Made by a program: the position numbers and the translations under genes. Shown here piece by piece: positions 28,090-43,305 of a DNA stretch of 64,000 nt; position 1 is the stretch's first letter, and each line of letters begins with the position of its first letter. Under the pieces are notes generated by a model, which saw nothing but the letters and a program-made list of their open reading frames with translations, had not been told where the DNA came from and did no database searches. The DNA comes from the human T2T-CHM13v2.0 reference genome, Homo sapiens: NCBI RefSeq assembly GCF_009914755.1, contig NC_060936.1; one strand, given 5' to 3'.

Positions 28090-30822
28090 ATGTGTGTGTT
28101 TTCCCATTCTTTTTTCTTCTTGTTTGTTTTTTAAAACCTGTTTTCTACTTTGTTTTCAAATTTGCCCTGTTTTCAGCTGTGTTCAGTCAACTCGTTTCTT
28201 CAACTTGTTTATTAACTTCTTAGCTTCAGATATTTTCTTTTTTCATATACAGAGTGTTTATTTGGTCGTCTTTTATATAGATTTTCATTTCTCTTGTAAA
28301 TTCTCTAGGCTTTGATCTATTTTGCCACTTTTTGTTTATTGGTTTTACCATATTAATCATAGCTTTTGAAAGTCCTTGTTTGTGTACTCCAATATCTGGG
28401 TCATCTCTCCTCTCCTTTCCTCATGAGTGTTGGTCATCTTTTCTTGTCTCCACATTTTTACTAATTTCTTAATATATGTTGGACACTGCAGGTAATGTAA
28501 CTCAAGATGATGATGTAATCTTCCTATGTTGGCAGATAGGGAGGCTTGGAGCACGTCAATCCAATCAGACATTAATCGAAGTTGGGGCTGGGTTTCAATT
28601 TTAATAAACTCAGTCTGCTTCACCCCTGTTCATGTTTGCTGTGCTCCCCCTCCCATTCATAGTTGTTTGTTTCTGATTCTGATAGATCTTTATCTCCCCA
28701 GGTTTGGAAGACTTCAGAAAATTCAGCTATGTTTCTCAGAGGTCTGAGCCCAGCTCTCTCGTCTTCCACCTTATATCATTTCAAAATAAGGCAAATTCCA
28801 TGGAGGTAAGACGAGCAATATTTTTCAATCAGTCCACTTGCGCAAGAATCTGGAGATTTCACTTTGTCTTTCATAAGCTTTTGGCCTAGTTTCCCAGCCT
28901 CCTGTATAGCATCAAAACTTAGCAAATGTTCTGTGAGGAAAAGCAGTTGTACGTTTGCAGCCCCTCAGGTTTCCAGTTTGTCACACCAGCCCTGTAGAAT
29001 CACTAAAAGTTATGCTAGTTTCTCTTTTGCGTAGCTGAGGCTCTCTGATGGGTCACGCCAGATTCTTAGCAAGCACCTAGAATCAGAAAATACCCCCAGG
29101 AGAAGGAAAAATAAAAATTCTCGTTCACATAAAAGTGTTTCTTCTTTCTGGATTTTTAGTTTGTTGCTTCTGAAGTTCTCTGAGTCTTTAGAAATGTTGT
29201 TGTAATTTATCTGGCTTTGTCCAGTTTTGTAGCAAGAGTGATCTGTTGTCCTGACCTATTCTGTCCTAAAACAGAAGTCATTTCATCATTAGTTTTCAGC
29301 TTCATCAAGTATACATACCATTATTTTTATTGTTTGATAAAGTCAGTCTTTCAATACTATATTCATGTTTGCCATTTTCTATGCTCAAAGTACATTTTTA
29401 CATCTTAGCTTTTGTTCTTGGGTCAGTGTCCTTGAAGTACAGTCTTTAGTAGAAGTTCCTTTAACGAGCATTTGTTGGTGGTAATACTCTTAGTAAATAT
29501 TTGCATAAAAATGTCTTTAATTCACACCAATTCTTGAAATATGGTCTAATAAACTGAAAGTTATTTTCTTTGTGCACTTTGAGATTTAATCCAATTTTCC
29601 CTTGTCTTCCATTGTTGAGAAGCACAGTATATCGTCAGTCTGAATGTAGGCCCTTCGTTATTATTCTGTTTCTTCTTTTGGATTTTTAATATCTTCCTTG
29701 TGTATCTGGTATTCTTCAGTTTCCCTGGATGGGTCTGATGGTGCGTTTTTGTTTTTGTTTTTTCTTCAATTGTGCTTGTGATGTATCTGGCTTCCTGAAT
29801 CTGGTATTGGAGTCTTTTATCAGTTCTGGAAATTTCTGTAATTATGTCTGACTATTCCTTTTCCCTATTTCTCTCTAACTTTCCTTCCAGGATTCCGATT
29901 ATTTTATTATTTTGCCTTTCTATATCCTTTAACATTTTTACTCTCTTGTCTCTATTCTGCTGCTTTTTATTTTTCCCCAAGCTTCATTGGGGATCCTTTC
30001 TTTTGACCTACCTATTAGTTCTCTGTTTCTCTCAGTCTATTCTACTGTTAAGTCTACTCAAATAATTTGAATTGGGTTATGTCTTATCAGTTCTAGAATC
30101 AATTGCATTTCTAATTATCAATGTTAAATTTTATAAACAAATTTTAGAACACCTGATTATTGTACATATTTCTTAAACTTACTTTTGTGTACCTCATATT
30201 TTTCTTTTAGTGCCACTTTCTAAATAATGTCTTCGTGTCTTTCAGTTCATTTATTTTATCTTCAGGATTTAGTTAGTGTCTAATCTGGAGTTTCTAGATT
30301 CAATTTTGACTTTTTGTTTCTAGAAATCACATTTGTTTCTTTACTAATCTGCATGGTAAGTTTACAAATTATCTTATTTCATAATTATAATTTTAATTTA
30401 GTATTAATATAACCATTTTAAACATACTAATTTTATATTCTCTCTATTATAAACCTAACATTTGTAGCATTTGCATTTCTGCTTGTACAGTCTGTTGCTT
30501 CTGCTTTCTTGCTCATGGTGGCTTGCCAACTTCTGTGTAACTTCTCACATATCGTAATGGGTGATATTATGATCCTTGGACTCTTATCTTTTAGAATATT
30601 TGATCCTACATTTAAAGTTTGCTTCTTGAGAGAGAATTTGCATTTGATTTTGCAAGATACCTAGGGCACTCTAACAATTTGAGGCCACTCTAGTCTTTTT
30701 GCATGGACTTTTTTTTTTCTATCTTACCTATATGCACTAATTCCAGGATAATATTTGTGTGAGGGCAGGTGTTCTTGTTATTTCTCTTTGTGGGAAAATT
30801 TATTCTACCTGGTTCACTTATT
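28090..30822 (-). mobile_element. Old L1M/HAL1 5'/ORF1-region fragments
   Basis: T-rich antisense L1-like sequence, e.g. 'ttttatcagttctggaaattt', 'tcagtctattctactgttaagtctactc', 'gaaagttattttctttgtgcactttgaga'. Boundaries approximate. Confidence 0.6.
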
Positions 30823-31147
30823 ATAATAGTCAAGATAGACAGACTAAATGCAGTTAAAAATGAACCCCTGAACATCACAGTAGCTTAGGAAAATGAAGGT
30901 TTATTTTTCCTCACCCAAGTCAAATGTGGGGCGGGTGTCCTTCTCCCTTTTCTAACTTTACAGTCTGCAACAAGTCACTCCAAAGGGCCGGGTTTGGAAA
31001 TGGAGTAGTCATTTCCACCCACATCCTATCGGATAGAATACAACCTTACAGTCCCAAACAAACTGCAAGGGAGGCTGGGGAAATGTAGTGTTCCTCTATG
31101 CCCAGGAAGGAGAAAGATTTTGATGAACATATATTGTCTATGTCACA
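30823..31147 (-). mobile_element. MLT1K/L-like MaLR LTR
   Basis: 'acagtagcttagga..aaggtttatttttcctcac', 'aactgcaagggaggctggggaaatgtagt...tgcccaggaag...gtctatgtcaca'. Confidence 0.75.
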
Positions 31148-31307
31148 TCCACTAAGGTTGAAAGTCTTCCAGGTGTTCAACATTATTTGGGAGTTTCCAT
31201 TCAGACCTCCCAAGTTAGAGAGGAAATAGTTTTTTGTTTTGTTTTGTTTTGTTTTTATGTTCCATTAAGTCAGGCTTGTGGGCAGATTAAAACAAAACTC
31301 TTGAGAT

Positions 31308-31618
31308 GGCCAGGCGCGGTAGCTCACACCTGTAATCCCAGCACTTTGGGAGGCCGAGGCAGGCAGATCACCTGAGGTAGGGAGTTTGAGACCACCCTGA
31401 CCACTAAGGAGAAACCCTGTCCCTACTAAAAATACAAAATTAGCTGGGCATGGTAGCACATGCCTGCAATCCCAGCTACTATGGAGGCTGAGGCAGGATA
31501 ATCGCTTGAACCCGGGAGGTGGAGGTTGTGGTGAGCTGGAGATCGTGCCATCGCACTCCAGCCTGGGCAACAAGAGCGAAACTCCATCTCAAAATACAAA
31601 AACTAAACAAACAAAAAA
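31308..31618 (+). mobile_element. AluSp
   Basis: 'cctgaccactaaggagaaaccc' and 'gcaacaagagcgaaactcc'. Confidence 0.93.
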
Positions 31619-33252
31619 CCCCTGGGATTGCTAGTTTTGTTGATGCTTCTGGGCTTTATGGGTTTGTACTTTCCTGACACTTCTGGCCACTGAGAGTTTC
31701 CCTTCTTTTTTTGCAAGCTCATTCAATGATTTTTTTTTTTAGATTCATGTTTTGTATACTATTGTTAGTTATTCTGCAACAGAAGGGTTTCTTATAACAA
31801 CTAATCTGCAATATTGATTAAAATGGAAATCAACCTCACTCTCTTTGAGAGATTATTCTGGCCCCAACTGCTAGCTCTACACTATGGTTTCTCCTGTTGA
31901 AGAAGAAACTGGGGGATTTCCTCATGTGGAAAGAGTCAGATGTATTAGGGCCAACAGATAGTTCTTCCTGTTTCCTATTAGTACGTACATGCCTCTGTCA
32001 ATTTTATATGTTACATGGGAAAGCCAATGTACTCCCAGACCAAGTTATTTGAACTAAGTTTCCAAGGGGCTGCTGTTACTCAGCTTTCATTTAAACTAGT
32101 ACAATGTCACTTATAGTCTTCCTCAATTTTAAGTTCAATGAGTATTGAAAAGCAGAGCTATATATTCTTCTATAGTGTTAAACAAATTTCTGTTTTGGAA
32201 AATGGATTAAAATTACCTTTGAAAATGTTTGCATACCTTAACGAACATCTGATTGAGCTCCATTTTGCATTTTAAACCTAAATTAATTAATCTAATGTCT
32301 TGATAAATCCTTTTTGTTTCTGTTATAATAATTCTAAGAGAGTCTCAGTTTGGAAAAATTATTTTAAGCCACAGTTTTCTTTACTTTTTTTGTGAACCAG
32401 TTTCTGAAACTTCACTGCAAGTGTTGGCTGTAGAGTAGAATCACAATTACATATGTCATACATGGGGCAGACTCAACTTTCTTTAAACTTTTTTCATATC
32501 TTTCAGCTCTTCAAATGAACACAGTGACATTCTCTAACTGTTAAAAATTGCTTTCTATATTGTTTTCTTTAGATATTTTACTTTTCTTCCAGTTACTAAG
32601 GAAAGTTGATTTTCTGAGCTTATTGATTTAAGCTTACATATTATATTTTCAAGTTTCAAATTCATGACATATATACCAATTCCATAGCCAGTTTGGTTTT
32701 GGAGGGTAGTTATTTTCTTCAAATATTACCATTCTTGAAGTTTTTTTCTATTTTAGATTTGATAGATCATATTTCCTTGTCTCACTCATTTATTTCCATG
32801 ACAGTATGGCTTATTGCACAGATACAACAGACTGCAGTTTCTCAGTGGTACCTATAAGCCAACTTACTAGAGAGCATGTGTTAGTGTCTGCACTAACAAT
32901 GAAATGCTATTCTGTGGCCATTGAACATGTTTTCTCTTGAAGACTATTTTCACTTTATTCATAATTCCAGCAAGATTCCCAACCTCCGGCATGTAACTCA
33001 TAGTTATTACAAAGGGGAAAGATTGGCTGCTGAAGATAGATAAACATTGGCAATAACTAGATATAAAATATAGCATCACTCGTTCAGCACAGAGGAAACT
33101 AGAGAATCTGAGGAAGGATGATGACATTTGAATTGGAAAAGTCAGAGAAGACCCAACGAGGAGGTTGAAACAGTGTATTATAGTTACCCCATTTTTATAC
33201 TTTTATATAGCAAGGGAAATTTTTATTCATACGTCAAATGTGTGGAAAATAA

Positions 33253-33628
<376 letters not shown>

Positions 33629-33846
33629 AACATACTGTAGTAGATTTTTTTATATCTTAAGGGAAATCTCGTCAGTAAACCTCAATCAGATTTTTTCATC
33701 TGAGAAATTTCTGTGTATCTAAAATTCTTCAAACATTATATGGAAGTTCTTAGACTTACCTTTTAAACCCAGGTTAAGTACTTCTGCTTAATATAATAAA
33801 CTAGTACCAATGGAATAAGATTTGCAAGTCTTAAGAAAGAAAAAGT

Positions 33847-34165
33847 AGCCGGGAGGTGGCTCATGCCTGTAAACCCAGCACTTTGGGAGGCTGGTGGGCG
33901 GGGGGGGGGGGGGCGGTGGATCACGAGGTCGGGAGTTCGAGACCATCCTGGACAATATGGTAAAACTCCGTCTCTACTATAAATACAAAAAATTAGCTGG
34001 GCATGGTAGCACGTGCCTATAGTCCCAGCTACTCAGAACCCTGAGGAAGGAGGATCACTTGAACCTGGGAGGCGGAGGTTGCAGTGAACCGAGATCGCAC
34101 CTCTGCACTCTAGCCTGGGTGACAGAGCGAGACTATCTCACCAAAAAAAAAAAAAAAAAAAAAAA
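33847..34165 (+). mobile_element. AluS (Sg/Sc-like) with internal G14 run
   Basis: 'ggatcacgaggtc'; G homopolymer at 33900-33913; poly-A tail. Confidence 0.93.
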
Positions 34166-34233
34166 GGTAGACTATGATAAAAATAATAATTCAGCAGTTC
34201 AAATTAGTTTGTACCACCTTTTCTGTGTCCTTT

Positions 34234-34794
34234 TAATATCAGTGGGCTGGGGGAGGTCCCCAAATGCCAGTGGGATCTTGATCTCAGCTTGTGTTCAGGC
34301 TCTTGATACCACCACAAGAATAAATCCAAGGGAGTCAGAAATTAATGAAAGTAGAGAGATTTATTGTACTTTCTTGAGAGAAAAGTACACACTCAAGAAA
34401 GGGGAGTGCTGGCATACTCAAGAGAAAGTCACACAGTGAGGCTTGGGGTTTCTATCTTTATGTGTTTCCTTAACCAAGAGGTAGAATATTCATGAAAATT
34501 CCTGGAAAAAGGTACAGATTTCTTGGAACTGTAACACCAACCATTTTTACACCAGATAAGGATGTTCTTGGAACTGTCATGGTACTGGTGGGTATGTAAT
34601 TTAGTATGCTAAATAGCATATAATGATGTCCTAGAAGAAACCTAGGTCAAATCCAGCACCATGTTGGGTCTAGTTGGTCATAGTCAGCGTGCTCCACATC
34701 CTGGATTTTCAAGGTCTTATAACCTCTAGTCATGTGAAACTGATGACTAGAATTTTTTATTCTCCTGCAACCACCCTTCGTTATTCCTGTCTCA
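34234..34794 (-). mobile_element. ERV1 solo LTR (MER66-like)
   Basis: The reverse complement starts TGAGACAGGAATAA..GGGTGGTTGCAGGAGAATA; internal 'cctaggtcaaatccagcaccatgttgggtc'; 4-bp TSD cttt (34230-34233 / 34795-34798). Confidence 0.75.
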
Positions 34795-35019
34795 CTTTTC
34801 TAATGTGATTGTGTAAGAGTTGCTTTATGTCACTTTGGTATTAAGATTTGATTATGAAGACGAGTCCTCAAAGGGAGAGGATCCCAGAGCTGGAGATAGT
34901 ATCCAGAGATCCAGAATAACTGACTTCTTATACACAACTGTGTATCTCAGATTACATTTATAAGCCATTTCTCAAATCCAGTTTCTATAGAACTCATCTG
35001 GCCAAATACAAATTAAGAG

Positions 35020-35761
35020 TGTTGATGAAAAAAGCCAAACTCTGTAAAATATTTACAGAGATTTATTCTGAGCCCAATGTGAGGACCATGACCCATAACA
35101 CAGCCTCAGGAAGTCCTGAGAATGTGTGTCCAAGGTGGTTGGTTTGCAGCTTGATTTTATACATTTTAGGTTGACAGAAGTTACAGGCAGAGATATAAAT
35201 CAATACATGTAGGCTATACGTTGGTTTAGCCCAAAAAGACAGGACTTGTTAGAGCAGGGGTTTGCAAGTCGTAGATTTCATTCAAAGATTTCCTGATGGG
35301 CAATTGGTTAAAGATTTAAGCTTTGCCTAAAGAGTTGAAGTCAGCAGAAAGAAATTCTTGGGGTTAAGATAAGGGGGGTTGTGGAAGCCAAGGTTCTTGT
35401 TATGTAGATGAAGCCTCCAGGTGGCAGGCTTCAGAGAGAATAGACGACAAATGTTTCTTATCAGATCATAAAAGGTATTAAACACTCTTACTTAAATCTC
35501 TCCTGGATTAGGAAAATACTTGGAAAGGGAAAGGGAATCTCTGCAGAATGTAAATCTTCCCGAGAAGAGATGCCTTTACAAGGCCATTTCAAAATATGTG
35601 AAAGAAATATATGTTGGAATAAAATACTTTGATTTCCTTTACCTGTTACCTATTATGTGATGTTATATGAGAGTCAGGTTGGAGTTGTTATCTTACTGCT
35701 ACAAAGTATCTGTTCTGTCACTCTTTCTATCTCTATTCTAATGTTTTATTTTTGGTTTATG
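35020..35761 (-). mobile_element. MER4-family (MER4D-like) ERV1 LTR, probably inserted in a MER5 MITE
   Basis: 'tgttgatgaaaaaagccaaactctgtaaaatattt..agagatttattctgagcc...cagcctcaggaagtcctgagaa...ttttatttttggttta'. MER5-like pieces flank it at ~34963 and ~35810-35876. Confidence 0.8.
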
Positions 35762-37443
35762 AGGGGTTCCATTTGCATAATTACAGAAGGAAAATCTCTA
35801 GGATTTAGACAAGAATCTCAACTTTAAATAAGACCACCGGGTGATTAATTTTCATACCAAATATTGAGAATCACTAACCTAAATTATTTAAAAAGGAACC
35901 AGTTGCTGCTCAAGAAAACCAGTAGTTTCTATCAGAGAGGCTATTTTATTGTGCATATATTAAACTCATATAGTGTGTAAATTCATGCTTAAAAAATACT
36001 CTAATAAATGCTTTATTGCATCCAAACAATAAAAGAAGGTATTCTTGCCCTCTGAAAATTTACAATGTGGATTAGTTTTATTGAGAGTCTTGTCATTTAG
36101 GTCCATTTTAAGAAAAGCAAAAAGAAAAATGCCTTGTTCTTTGCTATAATGGTTGGCAGAAACTCCAAGGAGTGATTTATTGGAAATTAGTGCCAAATTT
36201 TGAGGAAGGTAATGGATTTCTCATTGTGTAAAAGAATCCCAATGCATCATTAAAAAACAAAACTTTCCTTTGAATTGTAAATATTCATCTCAATTTGCCA
36301 AATTTGCAGGAGTGAAAGATGAAGAGAAAGTCTGTCTTATATTTGGTGAATTGATTATTGCACTGCTGGATGTCCAGGGACAAAAATCAAGCAGGAGAAA
36401 CAAGTTACTGTTTGGAAAGTGTTAAAAACAACAGCCAGATTGTTTCTTCTTCACTTACTGTGCACGGTATGGGCTGGCACTACTGCCGCAGCTTAGAAAT
36501 CTCAAATGCTGTCATGAAAAACAAACTAAGCCCTCCAGACAGAATAAAAGGGTGAAAACACAAGCAAAGAAGACCAAGAATTTATCTGTAGCTAACAAAA
36601 GAGTGATATATTTGCTAAAGGACTGGTGGAAACTGTTCTGTGAGGAGGGAGTGATCTCCGGAAATTTCTTCCATTTTACTGTCTTTCTTCTTGAGTACAG
36701 CATAAATGTTGATTTAATTATCAGTGAGTTCTTTTAATATGTAAAATTTCCTTTAAGACCCAAAAGCCTATGTAGCCTGCATGATGAGTCTTGAAGGGTT
36801 CATATATTATTTAGATGTTTTTGAAAGAAGTGTCATCTTGAGGTTTTTACTGAAAGAAAGAAAGCTGAATGGATGAAAGAGAAAGAAAAAAGAAATGACC
36901 CCTTGTTACACTAAGCTACTTTTAAGCTATTTACCTGAAGTATGCTGCAGGGCAAGCAACTGTTAGTCAGTCCCAATCTCAATTGCTCTCTCTTTTTCTC
37001 CCCTCTCCTCCCTCCCTTCCTTTTACCTCATCCATCTCATAAGAAAGATTAAATATCTGGAAATTTCCTTTTGGAGTAGTTGTAATGTCAATCACTATTA
37101 TTGTATAGACAATTTCAGCATAAACACAGGTTTAAATTGCTAAAGATATTTTGGTCACAGTGACTGGAAAGATAAGCTTTACCAAAAAAATTGACTCAAT
37201 TAGCCAGTTTTATAGAAACTGTAAATTCTTTGAATTTCAATGACCAAAATAACCAATTTTATGTTTTCTGTTGTTTGGTTTGTTTTCAGAATTTTTGTTT
37301 CCTTTTCAGTTAAACAGAAATATTATGAAATATTTACTCAGTATAGATCAGATTTTATCCTGATAATTTTCATAGTATTTTTAAGGAATTGTGTTGATGG
37401 CAAGAATCTATTTCTCTAAAATAAGAAGTTAAAAAATTGTTTT

Positions 37444-37517
37444 TTTGCTTTTAGCTGCTTAAGATGCTCTTTGCTTTTAGCTGCTTATTAAGTAAATTAT
37501 TTGCTTTTAGCTGCTTA
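37444..37517. repeat. Three copies of an 18-bp direct repeat with short spacers
   Basis: tttgcttttagctgctta at 37444, 37470 and 37500; spacers of 8 and 12 bp. Confidence 0.9.
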
Positions 37518-38526
37518 TTATTGTGGTTTAACTTAAAAACCAGAGATGAGAAAAGGGTTGCTACTACCAAGACACATTAATTGTGAATACCTATACAGAT
37601 ATTTTTTGATAATAGACTAATTTGCTAAATAACAAATTACTTAGGTAATAGAAGGTATCATGTTAAAGAGTTTTCACCCCAGGATGACTACAATCTGGAT
37701 TGTGAAATAATCTTTATTTGTATACCATTTAGACATTTAGCAAGGGTTTGCCAAAGATGACAGAGGAGAAAAATGGGAAAATGAATGTAAAATTAATGTA
37801 CTGATTAACAATACAAGTTCACAAACAATGTAAGCTCACAATCCTGATTGTATCACCACAAGGGTAAGTTTCTAAGCTTCAGAATTTAGTAAAAATTATG
37901 TAGCTAGATTTCTATAAATTCATGCTCATCTGTCAATTCTTGCTTTCCAACCACTAAATCAGGTAGCAATAAAGTGAGCTTTATCAGAGAAGAGAAATAA
38001 TTCAAACTATTTTATTATTTTAATGTTAATGACTATTTTATTGTTTTATACAGTAGTCTTGAAACCTAATGTTACAGAATGTTTTTGCATGTTCGTGTTC
38101 AACATACTATTCTGGATTATGTTTTTGAGCAATAAATAGATGCTTAAAAAATAGTTTTGGAATAATGAATGAATGAAGCCTTCTAAAATATCTTAAGAAG
38201 GAAAAAAGGTACCATATTACATATACCTAATGTATGCTACAGAATCTATTATATGCATTACATAATATTTTATATCTGTGATGTATTTGTATAGGTGTAT
38301 ATATAGGTGTATGTATTTGCTAGTGTCTAGTTATTTGAATTGGCTTTACATGTTTTAATCTCTTTAATCATTCACATCCTTGTCATTTACAGACACGAAT
38401 AAAATATAAGTTCTTCTATCTCTCCTCTTAAGAATCCATATTCTGCTCTGTGCTTTCCTCTATCCCAAGATGTATTGTTCCATAGCTAACTTTTCATTTC
38501 ATTCTATTTTTCTATACATGTTTTAC

Positions 38527-38987
38527 TAAGGGAGGAGACCACCCCTCATATTGTCTTATGCCCAATTTCTGCCTCCAAAGAAAGAAGAAGTAAAAACTAA
38601 AAGGCAGAAATGAAATCCGCAGGCAGACAGCCCGGTGCCACACCCTGGGCCTAGTAGTTAAAGATCGACCCCTGACCTAATTGGCTATGTTATCTATAGA
38701 TTACAGACATGGTATAGAAAAGCACTGTGAAAACCCCTGTCCTGTTCTGTTCCATTTTAATTACTGGTGCATGCAGCCCGCAGTCACGTACCCCCTGCTT
38801 GTTCAATCAATCATGACCCTCTCACACGGACCCCTTAGAGTTGTGGGCCCTTAAAAGGGACAGGAATTGCTCACTCAGGGAGCTCGGTTTTTGAGCCGTG
38901 AGTCTTGCCGATGCTCCCGGCTGAATAAAGCCCTTCCTTCTTTAACTCTGTGTCTGAGGGGTTTTGTCTGCAGCTCATCCTGCTACA
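38527..38987 (+). mobile_element. LTR2 (HERV-E/Harlequin) solo LTR, full length
   Basis: Starts TAAGGGAGGAGACCACCCCTCATATTGTCTTATGCCCAATTTCTGCC and ends GCTCATCCTGCTACA; perfect 4-bp TSD TTAC (38523-38526 / 38988-38991). Confidence 0.93.
38785..38929 (+). promoter_or_regulatory. LTR2 regulatory motifs: HRE-like CACGTA, TATA-like CTTAAAA, polyA signal AATAAA
   Basis: CACGTA at 38785-38790 (TACGTG on the minus strand), cttaaaa at 38850-38856, aataaa at 38924-38929. Activity is not shown. Confidence 0.5.
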
Positions 38988-39199
38988 TTACCTCTTCACA
39001 GAATGCTTCTATTTCACAGAGGGCTTCTGAATCCCTTCTCATGTTTGACTTAGTTTCCTTTGTCCTTTCATGGTACTTGCTCTAGTAGTCATTTCAAATG
39101 CTGTTTATTCTTCTACATGGCCTGGTTCGTAGATTTAATATAGATCAATTAAGCATTTTAAAAATATTTTTTGAGTGATTTTAAAAGATTACTGTTCTT

Positions 39200-39840
39200 T
39201 CATCCCCTGCAAAACCTATTCATTATTCTAGGCTAATGGAGCCCAGTTGTACCCTCCTAATTTTAAAAATGGCTCTCTTTTATCTTCAGTTCCATCTCTA
39301 TATGATCAGTAATTTTCATTACTTGCCTTAATCTATCTCTCTCTTCATTTTTCTCTCTGGTTTAATATTTGTGCTCCTGGCCCACCTGATGCCTTAGCCT
39401 CAGAGTACGTTATTGTATTCCAACTCATACAAATTATGCTCAACTCATTCATGGTCAGACCACAGGTTTTGATATAATCTAGAACTCTTAAACATGAAAT
39501 TCCAAACTTCTCCAATCTCTTCCAGGACTAAAACTTCTAAACACTTCATTGGAGTCATGCCTTTACATCTTGTTGAAAATACCTTACTGTACATTACAGC
39601 CACTCTGGCTTCCAAAAACTTGCTGTGGTTTTCCTAGAGCATTCATCGTTAGCAGGAATTAAAATATTTACTTATTTATTTGCTTAATAACTTCTTTCTC
39701 TCTCTGGCATGGAAAGTCTTAGATAGGAATTTTGTCTTGTTAACTACTAAATCCCCAAGCTCTACAATAACGCACAATGTATAGTGGGAATTTGAATAAT
39801 GTATCTGTTGAATCGAGGAGTGAATAAAATAATTCAGTGA
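39200..39840 (+). mobile_element. L2 fragment
   Basis: Ends 'ttttgtcttgttaactactaaatcccc..gctctacaataacgc...tctgttgaatcgaggagtgaataaa'. Confidence 0.6.
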
Positions 39841-40777
39841 ATCAGGAAGTTAATTTTTGTTTCCTTAAGAAACTATTGTATATCAGATTAACCATATATT
39901 TCAATCATACCCACATCTGCTCGTGTTGGGTAGAACTGGCTTCAGGCTCAGTTTCTGAGGCAGGAATGATTTCATCATGTGACTAAAATATTGTTTTCCC
40001 CAAACCATTTCAGACATGTGCACATTTTGGGACAACAGTTTCTTTTAGAGCATGCTTATGAATATAAATTATAGTAAATTAAGGCAGATTGTCATTTATG
40101 ATTGAGTGACATTTTTGTGGTCTTGTCTACCTTAATCATCCTCAGTAGAAAAACTGCAAACATTAAAGAGGAAAAAGGACTATACATTTAGTTCTTTGTA
40201 ACAAAAAGTGTAATTTGGGAAGTGGTGTATATGTAAAAGAAAGTTTTGGAACAAAGCCTGGATAAATGATAGATGAAACTACTTTTGCATTTCACCCAAA
40301 ACAAGAATTTGCATTTTAGTCGGGGTCATCTGAATAGGTTGCTTTATTTCCTTCCTTTTGCATGTGAGGATGCAACTCTCCTTAAAAAAAGCATAATTCT
40401 ATTGTAAAATGAGAATTAAGGAATGATATGAGCTTTCAGTCTCTGCTGACGTTACTTATTTACAAAGTATTGTGTAGAATGTAATTGAGAGCTCTAGAAT
40501 GTCAGGGATAGCATTTTTATTAGTCTTTGTGTTCCTCCAAAAGCAAAGACACTGCCTGACATTTGGCAAGCAATACGTGCTCGTAAAATGATCAATCAGA
40601 TTTTCATTCTCAAGATCTGACATTTAATATAAATTGTAATTCATTTTCTCATAATTAGTTTGCTTTTTAATTTGTCTTCCATGTTCTTAAAGTAACTTGT
40701 TCTATGATGAATTATCATAATACAGTAAATAATAATGTAGCCGTACATTCAAAGTCTCATAGGAAGAATATATTGAA

Positions 40778-40950
40778 ACCAGAATTTTCAGTCTGGATGG
40801 GTCTTTAGAGATCAGCCAATCCAAACTTTTTGTTTTACAGATAGACAAAAATGTCCCAGAGAGCTGAGTTGACTTGTCTGAGGTTTTATAGATTTTTAAA
40901 CTGGACTAGCATCTAGGTCACTCAGTGCTGGGCTATTTCCACTATATTAG
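40778..40950 (-). mobile_element. MIR3/MIR
   Basis: 'agaattttcagtctggatgggtctttagagatc...ttttacagatagac...cccagagagctgagttgacttgtctgaggt'. Confidence 0.75.
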
Positions 40951-41014
40951 ATGATTGTGTACCATAAAGTACATTCAGAGAGGAATAAACTTACGCTATC
41001 CAACGCTCTCTTGA

Positions 41015-43230
<2,216 letters not shown>

Positions 43231-43305
43231 AACATTTAATTTAAAAATTTTAGTTTTTTAATATTTGCAATTTATAACTTTTTTCTTATTCGAATGTTTC
43301 TTCTC

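Noticed and set aside
33753-33784. Perfect minus-strand donor AAG|GTAAGT
   Set aside because: No polypyrimidine acceptor lies upstream, and isolated donor motifs are expected by chance in 64 kb.
37444-37517. CRISPR-like repeat-spacer array
   Set aside because: The context is primate, there are only three 18-bp copies, the spacers are 8-12 bp and no cas genes are present.
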